Below are positions 50,701 to 61,800 of a DNA stretch of 64,000 nt, one piece after another. Position numbers and translations under genes: made by a program. The notes beneath the pieces are model-generated. The model was not told the origin of the DNA. It was given only the letters and a program-made list of their open reading frames with translations, and did not search any database. Source of the stretch: Hemiscyllium ocellatum (Eukaryota); the NCBI RefSeq assembly GCF_020745735.1, contig NC_083408.1, forward strand, positions 76,290,484 to 76,354,483, in the 5' to 3' direction. The first letter of the stretch is position 1. Each line of letters opens with the position of its first letter.

Positions 50701-53437
50701 GGAACAGGCAGTACATGTGGACTTGCCTGTCACAAGGGTTCCACAACAGCCCCACTATTTTTCACAGGGTAATAAGCGACATCCTAAAGAGAATAGATTT
50801 ACCAGAGGGCAGCACTGCCCTCCAAATGTAGATAATATCTTAATTGCCTCAGAGTCAGGACACCAGGAAGCTTTAGGGTTAGTATTGCAGGAATTGGCAA
50901 CCGTAGGGTTAAAAGTTAGCCCCACAAAGGCACAGATTGGCATAACCCCAATCTTATACCTTACCTTATATCCCAGGGATTCAAAGAAATGCCCAATGCC
51001 TTCAAGAAGGCAATCCAACAGATGCCATTGTCAGGGGGTCAGAAAGGTCATGGGGCTATTCAACTGCAGTCAGAGCTTTATACCTGAGTTCACAAAATTG
51101 GCTGAACCGATCCAGAGACTAATTAAAGGAGGCAAGCCCACCTTGGAACCTGTAACCTGGGGCCAGAACAGGAGGAGGCATACAGTCAGCTTAAAACTCA
51201 GCTCATATCGACCCCCGGGCTGGAGCTGCCAGATCCCAGCAAGGATTTTCACATCCACTGTAAGAATGAGGGAGGATTTTACTCTGCAGTGGTCACCCAA
51301 GACCACGTTAGCAGGAGAAGATGTGTAGGGTACTACTCAACCACAGAAGGGTCAGTATTCACCGGGTTGCCCAGGTGCATAGCAATCTTAGACTGTGCTG
51401 CTTGTGCATCACAGTCATCCTCTGTCATCCTCTGCACTAAACACACCCTCGTTAAACACAGAGAAACTGAGGGCCATTTCCAATACGAGAAGGGCAAAGT
51501 GGGAGGCAGTTCTTTTATCCCCAAGTCGGTCCGTGGTGATAGTCAGGAATATGGGAGAAAATCCAGCTAAGGGAATTCTAGACACAGGAGAACCAGAAGC
51601 TGTGGGGATATAGATGGGGATGAGGATAAAGAGCAAGTAAAAGATACCCCCTAGACACAGCTGAGGAGACCCTTTCCATTAGCGGGTGACAAAAATACAT
51701 AGCAGGGTCGCTCCAAACAGGATGGGCTGTGGTAGATGAAAAGTTAGAAACAGTTATGTCCGGAAGGATTGATTGAAGTCAGTCCGCACAGGTAGCAGAA
51801 CTGGTAGCACTCACCAAAGCACTGGAACTAGCAAAAGGAAAACCTGTGAATATAAATACGGACAGTTAATATGCCTTCAGTGTAGTCCATGGTGGCATGG
51901 AGCAAAAAGAGGGTTCACCACCGCAGGGGGAACCCCTATCACACAAGAAGTCAGGCACTATTGTGTGCCAGTGCACAGCCAAAAGAAGCTGCAGTAATAA
52001 AAATAAAAGCCCATCAAAAGGAGCCAGCAAAAGAGAATCCAGGGTGGCTAAAATTCAAAGGGAACCCGGCAGCAGACCAAGCACCTCAGAAAGCCCTAGA
52101 ACAAGAAGCTATTAATGAGACTGCAATAGCCACTATTGAATTAGCAAAAGACGCTATCCAAATTCAGCAGCTGCAGGAGGACACCTTGCAGGAAAAGAGA
52201 GTACAATGGAAACTGTGGGGGGCATTCAAAGGGAAGGATAGTGTCTGGAGGTGAGCAGACAAGGTGGTAGCATTAACATGTGTACAGAACACATCGCTTG
52301 AACTGCACCATGGGCTCTCCCATACAGGTAGAGAGGCCATGATAGCAAGCCTAGGGAGAGAGTGTAGGTGGAAGGGAATGGGAAGAGATGTGGCCAAGTC
52401 CTGCTGCAGATGCATGGTTTGCGCACAACATAATCCAGGGAGACCCATAAAAGTTAGGATGGGACACCAGACCTAGGGGACCCTGGGAACACCTTCGGAT
52501 AGATTTTACAGGGCCACTGTCACCTTCCCATGGGAAAATGTACTGCCTGGTCATCATCGACCAATTCACCCAGTGGGTAGAAGCATTCTAAACCAAAGGC
52601 TGCACTGCAACCACTCTGGCCAGAATATTAGCAGAGGAGATAATCCCTAGGTGAGGGGTGCCCCTCCAGATCGACTCTGACCAAGGGACACATTTTACAG
52701 GAAGAGCCATGAAAACTGTATGCCAATTACTCAGCATTAGACAAAAATTCCACATCCCCTATCACCCCCAGAGCTTAGGGATGGTAGAGAGAATGAATAG
52801 AATGCTCAAAAATACTTTAGCTAAGGCTATGCAGGCCTCAGGCAGAACATGGGCTGAAGTGCTGCCAGCCATACTGATGAGATTAAGAGCCACCACAAAT
52901 CAGGTAACCGGGCTAACCCCACCTGAATTAATGATGGGGCAAGCAATGCAATTACCAGAGACAACGATCACAGGTGGCACCGGAGTGGGTCCACTAAAAG
53001 ACAAAATTCGGTGATATGCCATAGAATTAAAGGGATGCGGAAATCTGTAATTGACAAACAGGACAAAAAGGCCAGGGCAGGGGACCTCAAAGTCTTCCCT
53101 GAGGTCCCAGCAGCAGGAAGCCACGTCCTGGTGTGAGCACTGCCCGACAAACCAGGCTTTGTCCCAAAATGGAATGGGCCGTACGACATGGTAATAAGTG
53201 GGGACACCTGCGTCTGCATCTATACTAAAGGAAAAGGCACATGGAAGCACTGGACCCAAGTAAAACCGTTTAAAGACTCCTGTCCAACTCATATCATTGA
53301 CCACTCCCCAGATGCAAGCAGTAAAGGCAGACAAGACAGTCATCCCAGGGAGAGTACCGAAAACGTAACAACAAGGCATAACTGCACCTCCTTACGTGAA
53401 CAAATACTTTAACTGTTAACGCTATTTTAACTGCGAC

Positions 53438-54270
53438 ATGTATATACCTATCTGTATTTCACTGTATTTAAGTGTCACAACTGTTGGGAGCATGCCAGGT
53501 TTTGAGGATAACATCTTCTATAAAACCACCTAAGTTTGCATGGGAACTGAACTATCTGCTATCCACTGGCGCAATCAGTGGAATCAATTTTTATGGCCGT
53601 CCCAGGGTGGACCCCTCGTGACCCGTACACAGTAGACACCTTGGGATTGCCATATAAGGAGCAGATAGGAAAATACAAACAGGGACTCCAGGGTAGATGC
53701 GTGCAGCTGGGTAGAACCACCAGCCCATTTGGCTGGGTCCCCCAGCCTAGAGAAGGAAAGACCCATTTAAAATCCAGTAATTACCCATTCTGTTTCACAG
53801 GGCAGGGATGGGCATGTGTTTATACCCCTGGTTTCCAAAAACGATTCATGCATCCAGACTCAGTTCACTTATCAGTGCTGTACAGTTTCTAGGGGACAGT
53901 TTACCTGCATCTGCAGTGAGCAGGCCTGCTTGAATGTCACTGCGGGCAGACAGTTCATATGTGGTCAATGCAATGGCACTCATTCAGCTGTGCCACATGG
54001 ACATACCCATTCAATACTTACCAGTTGGTGGTGGGGCAATTGGGGGATCAGGGACGACATGGGTAGACAGACAAACAGAAGGACAGGACAATGTCTGTTA
54101 CCGAGCAACGACGGGATTTGTTTTCCTATTTAAAGGGACTTATGCGACAGATACCCCAGACCTCCCAAACCTGTTCGCGGTAGGGACAATTGCGCCCCTT
54201 ACTGTACCATGCCCCAGTGGGGGACATATTCGGAGAAGGTTAGTGACCTGCGCCATCCCTTTAATGGGAT
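53438..54270 (+). pseudogene. ERV env surface-subunit remnant (frameshifted)
   Basis: Signal-peptide-like MYIPICISLYLSVTTVG, N-glycosylation sequons (NVT, NGT) and Cys-rich segments. C-terminal CYRATTGFVFLF...AVGTIAP...HIRRR resembles an SU end plus furin site. Confidence 0.6.
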
Positions 54271-55271
54271 GAAATGACTGAGGGGAAAATTCAATTACAA
54301 TTCACAAGGTGCACTATGAAAATGGCCACTTGAGGGCACTCACATTGTGCAGGAGGGAAGTTGAATTTTAAGTAGGTAACATTCTTTACGTAGCGAAACA
54401 TTTATCTTGTATGTATGCTATTTAAATTTGTTCTTGGGATTCTGAGAAATGCTGGCAAGGTCAAATGTTTCTGTGTAGTGTTGGAAAGCCATCTTGATTG
54501 CTGCAATTTTGGGATGATGCTTATCCTAAATAGTCCAGTATATTTAGTAGCAAATAAAGATGCAAGAAAAAACTTAGTTTGTTATTTTATACTCTGTTTG
54601 TTTAAATTACATAAACCTGGTCCTTTTCTTAAACAGTATTTTGTATCCTGTTGATTCAACAGTTTGCAACTGTATGAATGTATTGCACTAAAATAAAACA
54701 AGAACTGTGGATGCTGGAGATCAGGAACAAACACAGAATTTGCTGGAGAGACTTAGCAGGCCTGACAGCATCTGTGGAAGAAAACAGATATCGCTTTGAG
54801 TCTGGCGACTGTTCATCAGAACCAGTTGTTATTGTATACTATGTAAACATACTTTCACATAATAGGAGAAACCCCTGTTTTGGACTTTTATATCACATGA
54901 GAGATTTTTGTTTCTTAGAGAAGAGAAATTATCAGAAATAAGATTTACAATATGTGATGGAATCTCTGGTTTACATGTTTGTAGCCACTGAGGAATGCAG
55001 CAAAGATAAGGAGAGATTACATGGGCTGCTCCTTCAGATGTTTGTCCCCTTCAAGATCACCATGACTGGGTCACTGGGCATAGTCATGCCATACAATTCC
55101 AAGTGTCTACCAGGCCACATGCCTAAATAACTCTTCTCCCAGTGAGAGTGCAGTTGGCAAGGTGTGATCTGGTGTGGTTTGGTGCAGTGCGGTGTCTGGT
55201 GTAATACAGTGGAAAGGGTGTGAAAATTTTTGATCCCATGACCTTGAAGTATAGTGTAAACATGAGCCTAT

Positions 55272-56462
55272 GTCATAGAGTCATAGAGATGTACAGCATG
55301 GAAACAGGCCCTTTGGTCCAACTTATCCATGCCAACCAGATATCCTAAAGTCATCTAGTCCCATTTGCCAGCACATGGCCCATGTCCCTCTAAACCCTTC
55401 CTATTCATCTACCCATCCAGGTGCCTTTTAACTGTTGTATTTGTACTAAACTCTACCACTTCCTCTGGCAACTCATTTCATACATGCACCATCTTCTGCA
55501 TGAAAAAGTTGCATCTCAGGTCCCTTTTAAATCTTTCCCCTCTCACCCTAAACCTATGCCCTCTAGTGATGGACTGTCCCAACCTGAGGAAAATACCTTG
55601 TCTATTTACGCTATCCATACCTCTCATGATCTTATAAACCTCTATTAGGTCACCCCACAGCCTCCGGCACTCTGGGGAAAATAAACCCAGCCTATTCAGC
55701 CTTTCCCTATAGCTCAAACCCTCCAACTCTGGCAATATCCTTGTAAATCTTTTCTGAACTCTTTCAAGTTTCACAACATCCTTCCTATAGCAGGGAGCCC
55801 AGAATTGCATGCAGTATTCCAAATGTCCTGGACAGTCACAACTTGTATATTTCATGCACTGACCAATAAAGACAAGCATACCAAATGCCTTCTTCACTAT
55901 CCTATTGACCTGACATTCCACTTTCAAGGACCTATGAACCTGCACTCCAAGGTCTCTCTTCAGAAACACTCTACAATACCTTACCATTAAGTGTATAAGT
56001 CTTGCCCTGATTTGCCTTTCCAAAATGCAGCACCTCACATTTACCTAAACTAAACTCTGTCACTCTTCAGCCCATTGGTCCAATTGATCTAGGTCCTGTT
56101 GTAATCTGAGATAAACTCCTTTGCTGTCTACTACACCTCCAATATTGGTGTAATCTGCATACTTACTACCTATACCTCCTATGTCATATCATTTATATAA
56201 CTGATGAAAGCAGTGGGCCCAGCACCGATCCTTGTCGCACACTGCTGGTCACAGGCCTTCAGTCTGAAAAGCGACCCTCCATCACCAACCTCAGTCTTCC
56301 ATCTTTGAGCCAGTTTTGTATGACTAGTTCTCTCTGTATTCTATGTAATCTAACCTTGCTAACCAGTCTATCATGAGAAACCTTCTCGAATGCCTTACTG
56401 AAGTCTATATAGACACATCCATCGCAGTGTCCTCATTAATCTTCCTCATTATTTCTTCAAAC
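55272..56462 (-). mobile_element. 5'-truncated CR1 LINE
   Basis: LEYCMQFWAP and LERVQKRFTR motifs; tail (CTCTATGA)n; same family as 3048-7260. Confidence 0.88.
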
Positions 56463-57674
56463 AAATTGTGACTAAGTTTTATATTGGAGAAAAGCATCTC
56501 GGCATGATTGGAAAGGAAAGTATGAAGGAAAAATATATGGTTTCAGCTGTAGTTTCATTACTTTAAAGTACTTGATTGATCAAACTCAGTTCACAGGGTA
56601 GTTGCTAACACTTCAAATAATGATTCTGGTGGATTCACATGACAAGTACCAATAAGAGCAGAGCTGGGAAGCATCTCGAAAAGTACATTTTGCTAAAGAT
56701 TGTACTCCTGGAATTCAGGTTGAGTGGTAACTGCTGTCAGATGGAAATTGGTGGCTAAATCCATGAAGTAAAGGAATTAGAATTCTACCTGAGGAACATC
56801 AGAGTCTTGTGAGACATTGTGGCTGAAATTGGTGTCATATATACTGGGTGGACTACTTAATAAATCTGTGAGAACTATATTTGTTGTACCTGTTACTGAA
56901 TGTATAAATTTATAATGGTAGTGATATTTACCTGTTCATTCATACTTAACATATTTTGATTTTGGTTTAATTGTTAAAGTAAAAGTTATTTTAAAAAGTA
57001 CAAGTTATAAAAATGGTGAAATCCTATCCATTGATTCATCATTGGGATCCTTCTGTGAATTTGGTTCTTTGATTTGTTGATGTCTTTGGGGATCATATCA
57101 GATAGTAATTAAAGGAGACTAAGTGGCTGTATGTTAACTTTGTAAACAACAATCTGGATGTACAATGGAACTTCATGAATAATTCGTTTAATGCTGATTT
57201 TATAATATTGTCACATTATGACCACGTTCAATGGTGTTAAAATTGATATGAAGGAGAAATACTTTAAGAAACAGTCAAAGGTTAGGGGTTGCATTTGATT
57301 GACTTGGATTTTCCCGTGTCTAAATCCTTTATTTAAATGTTTGACTTTACAACATGCCTTTCTTTTATATTTCATTGTGAATCATAATTGATTAGAAAGG
57401 TAACTGGCTCAAAATTCATGTAGGGTAACTGCCAAATAATTTTAGATTCGCTTATTGATTTTGATAAGAAAGAATTGCAGTATCATTGTTCTGGCAAATT
57501 GACTTCTCTGGTATTTGCCATGAACAAATTAGCGTTAAATTTACTCTATTCATGTCAAAGCATCTTCCTATAATGATTTTTGGATTGCTTACAGAAGATT
57601 TCTTGAAATTTTGCAATAACCTGTATTTTGGTCATTCCATTGCAACACAACATAAAAACAAAGGAACGTCTATG

Positions 57675-59365
57675 AGCTCTCAGCTTCTTCCTTGACCAGA
57701 GGCCTGAACATTCTCCTCCACCTGGCTGAACTTGTTCTCTCACTGAATAATTCCTCCTTTAATTCATCTCACCTCTGCCAAGTCAAAGGAATGGCTATGG
57801 GCACCTGCTTGGGTCCCAGTTATGCCTGCCTCTTTATGAGATATGCAGAACAATTCTTGTTCCAGTCGTACACTGGCTCCCTCCCACAATCCTTTCTCAG
57901 TACACTGACAACTGCCTTGATGCTGCTTCAGGCTTCCCCCAGGGCTTTGAAAAAACTTGTTCATTGTGCCTCAAATTTCCACCCCTCTACAAATTTCACA
58001 TCATCCATTTCCGACACTTCCCTTTCTTTCCTTGAATCGTCTGTCTCCATTTCAGGGAATAAACTGTCCACTGCCAATCACTACAAAGCCACTGACACTC
58101 ATAATTACCTTCACTACTGTTCTTCACACCTCATGTCCAGCAAGGATTCCATCCCATTTTCCCAGTTCCTTTGCCTATGTCGCATCTGTTTGGATGATGC
58201 CTCCTTCCAAAACAGTGCTGTTGTCATGGCTTGCTTCTTCCATAACCGTGGCTTCCTATCCATTGTAGTTGACAGGGCCCTCAACCGCATCTGACCTATG
58301 ACCCGTGCTCCTGCCCGTGCCTCTTCCCATCACTCACAACAGCATGATCAGGTTCCCTTGTCCTCACTTTTTATCTCACCAGCCTTTGCATTCAAAGGAT
58401 CATTTTCTGCCTTTTCAGACAATTCCAGAAGAATGCCACCACCAAACACACCTTCCCGGCTCTCCTCCTTTTTGCATTTTGCAGGAATTGTCCCCTTCGA
58501 GACACCTTAGTCCATTCCATGACCACCAACACCACACCCTCTTCCCATAGCAACATACCATGTAACTTCACCTCTTCGCTGCTCACCATCCAAGGACCTA
58601 AACTGTCTTTCCACGTGAAGCAGCATTTCATCTGTGCCTCCTCCAATCTTGTGTATTATATTCACTGCACCCACTGTGGCCTATTCTACATTGGAGAAAC
58701 CAAACGCACACTGGGTGACTGCTATGTGGAACACTTCTGGTCTGTGCACAAGCATGACCCCGACCTTCATAGCCAGTCATTTTAACACAGCGTTGTGCTT
58801 GTCTGCTTGCTTGTCTGTCCTTGGCATGCTGCAGTACTCCAGTGAATGACAGCACAAACTGGAGGAATAACATCTCATCGTCAGACCTTACATTCTTCAG
58901 AACTTAATATTGAATTCAACACCTTCAAATTGTAAACCAATTCCCAAGTCTTCACTGTGTTTGGTGTTACTTGTCACATTCTGCCATTTCTTCCCTTTCA
59001 CCTTTATTTGTTACATTCTCTGTCACCATGTCCTCTTTCCTCTTCCCTCCACCCTAGTGGGAATGCCTGCTCTTTCAAGTCTGGCAGGAGACATACCATA
59101 GTTCTGCCATTCTCACATTCCAATCACTTAATCTGAACTATGAACATCTTTTCTCCATTAGCACTCTACACTCATCACCTCCACACCAACCACCCCCAAC
59201 TATACCATAAATGCTACCCCTCCACACTTCCCTTCAGCTCTAATGAAGTAATCCAGACTTGAAACGCTAGCTTGCTTTCCCTCTATGGATGCTGTCTGAC
59301 CTGCTGCGATCTCTTGTAGTTCTTGTTTTCAGTACAGATTCCAGCATCTGCAGCAATTTGCTCTG
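57675..59365 (+). mobile_element. Older Penelope-like element (RT + GIY-YIG) with degenerate hammerhead tail
   Basis: GMAMGTCLGPSYACLF, IPFSQFL.L.RIC, LVYYIHCTHCGLFYIGETKR. Tail AGCT-CTAATGA...GAAACGCT-AGCT at about 59236-59272. Confidence 0.85.
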
Positions 59366-59904
59366 ATAAGAACAACTACGTGATACTTCTCAGATGCTCT
59401 CACCAAGCAATTGAGTATACAGTCTCACTGAATTACCAGTCCACAACATCAGGCCAATATTGTGAGACATGGGTTTGCGTACTACCAAAGCAGATGGTAA
59501 AATTTTGAATTCAGTGCAACCTGGAATTATGCTGAATATCTTTAAAAAGACATTTGGCCTTCCTTTAGGGAAGGAAGTCTGCCATCTTTTTCTAGTCTAG
59601 CCTACACATGACTCCAACCCACAACTCAACTTAACTAGGAGTTTGATTAAAATCTCTCATCTCATCTCATTATTCACAATGGAAGGCTACAAATCTCCCT
59701 TACTATTCAATATTGAGTAAAGTATTGATGAATTATTTCAGGATGATTTCTATTGCTTGGATCAAATGTGAACAACAGATGAAGAAAAATAATATTGGTC
59801 TGAATTTTACAGTTAGTAGCAAAGAGATTACTCTTGCCACAGACATTTTGAAAACAGTCCACAAAGATTTCATGTTTTAACCCATCTCCAACACTTTGGC
59901 CATC

Positions 59905-60555
59905 AACACTGCTCTCCCTTCCACAACAGTGATAGGGTTTCTCAATTAGCATGCACCAGCATCCACATTCAAAGGATCATTAGCTGACATTTCAACCACC
60001 ATCAATGAAATGCCACAACCAAACATATCCCCTGCCCCTCCCTTGTCAGCCTTCCATAGTGACCATTCCTCCAACACTCCCAACACCTCCCCACATAACT
60101 ACAGCACTTTCCATGCAATCACAGAAGGTGTGGCATCTGCCCATTTACTTCCTCTCTCCTCACTATCCAAGGCTCCAGACATTTTCCAGATGAAACAGCA
60201 ATTTACCTTCACTTTATTGAATCTGTATTCACTGCTTATAATGTAGTCTGCTTTACACTAGGGAGATGAGGTGCAGACTGGGCGATTGTTTTGCAGAACA
60301 CCTATCTTCTTTTCTGAAAAAATTACCCTGAGCTTCCTATTATCTGCCACTTTAATATTCCACCATGTTCCCTGGCCAACATCTTTCTCTCAGGTTTTCT
60401 GCAATGCTCCAGCAAAGCTGGGTTCTGAGGAAAGATCACTGGATGGAAAATGTTAACTCTGATTTCTCTTCACAGATGTTGCCTGATCTGCTGAGCTTTT
60501 CCAACAATTTCTGTTTTTGTCTCTGATTTACAACATCCACAGTTCTTTCGGTTTT
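59905..60555 (+). mobile_element. Degenerate Penelope-like fragment plus hammerhead-type tail
   Basis: Similar to the GIY-YIG region at 58350-58800. Tail GGTT-CTGAGGA...AAAATGTT-AACT and GATGTTGCCTGATCTGCTGAG. Confidence 0.6.
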
Positions 60556-61049
60556 ATTTTATAGAATACACAGAGTGTATAAGCATACTTAAATATGACT
60601 AGATCCTGCCATTGTTGCCGAAGATTTCTATTTATCCTATTCCTTGTGATTCCAATCAGAATAATCATTTATGTACCAAAAGATTTAATTACATTCATTC
60701 AAAAATACTCTGAAAGCTTTTCTTTGGCATTACTCACACGTAGTTTGGGATTTGTACGCAGTTGTAAAAGTGAGTGTGAACCTGAACTTCCCCAAGTACA
60801 TCTTGTAAGGCATTTAAATTGCAAGAAAATAAAGATTTTCAATTTTTGTTAGCTTTCAAAGAATCACAATGCATCTGTAACTACTTTTAAATTTCTGATT
60901 CCAGTATAATCTGTCAAAATATCCCAGCTTCCTTCTCCAGCTACAGTTTCATATTTTGCATCTAGAAGCAATTTGAATTTTTTATATTCTGTTCAGTCAA
61001 TATTAGGACCACTTCTCTTTTTATATATAACCTAGATGTGGATACATAG

Positions 61050-61800
61050 GGACAGAAGTAGGCCATTTAGCCAATGGAGCCAACTCCACCATTCCAGATC
61101 ATGACAGAAATATCCCTCATTGCCATTTTGATGTCATTAGACTCCAGAAATCAATAGATTATGTCTTGAACCGCCTCAGCGATTGAGCTTCCACAATTCT
61201 ATGGGGTGGAGAATTTTAAAGATTCACACCCCTCTGAGTGAAGAAATTCCTTCTCACCTCAGTCTTAAACTGAGGCCTGCCTCTTACCCCGAGATATGTC
61301 CTCTGGTTCTAAAGGCACCAGCTAGGGTAAACATCCTGCCTATACTCACCCTGCCTTTCTCTATAAATTTAAATTTCACTGAGATCATCTCTCATTGTTT
61401 GAAACTGCAGAGAATACAAATCCAGTTTCATCAATTAGACAATCTTGCAATCCCAGGAATTAATCTGGCAAAACTCCATAACACCTCCTCTCTGACAGGT
61501 ACATCCTTCCTTAGATATGGAAACTAAATCTGCACACAATATTCCAGGTAAAGTCTCACCGAGACTCTATACAAATTCAAGAAGACTTCTTTACTCACGT
61601 GCTCAACTCCCCTTGAAATGAAGGCTAACATATTGATTGTCTTGTTAATTGCTTGCTGGATCTGCATGTTAGTTTTTATTGACTCATAGACAAGACCACA
61701 CAGATCCCTTTGCATTTCCCAACCTCTCACCATTTAAGAAATACTCTGCCATTCCATTATTTTTTCTACCAAAAGTGAATAACATCACACTTATTTACAT
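61050..61800 (-). mobile_element. Old CR1 3' fragment
   Basis: RDLCGLVYES...MLAFISRGVE..SKEV.LNLY...LEYCVQ. Confidence 0.7.

Larger units (their letters stand above)
47076..54270 (+). mobile_element. Decayed endogenous retrovirus (LTR-PBS-gag-pro-pol-env SU), 3' truncated
   Basis: Gag: MHR-like KQLNGEGTSEYGERLF and CCHC knuckle CSRCKRVGHTLEQC (49704-49745). Protease LVDTGA. RT: NSPMWPIIKPD.SYRLTIDY, LDIANGFWSIPL, QGFHNSPTIF, (Y)VDN. Tether plus RNase H: GWAVV, AQVAELVAL, TDS.YAF, KAH, GN..AD. Integrase: HHCC, IDFTGPL, SDQGTHF, YHPQS.G.VERMN, PKWNGPY. Cys-rich env remnant. Confidence 0.92.

Noticed and set aside
47076-54270. Calling the ERV a foamy virus or a Gypsy element
   Set aside because: The CCHC knuckle, MHR-like motif and non-Lys PBS argue against foamy. 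The tether plus second RNase H and the env remnant argue against Gypsy.
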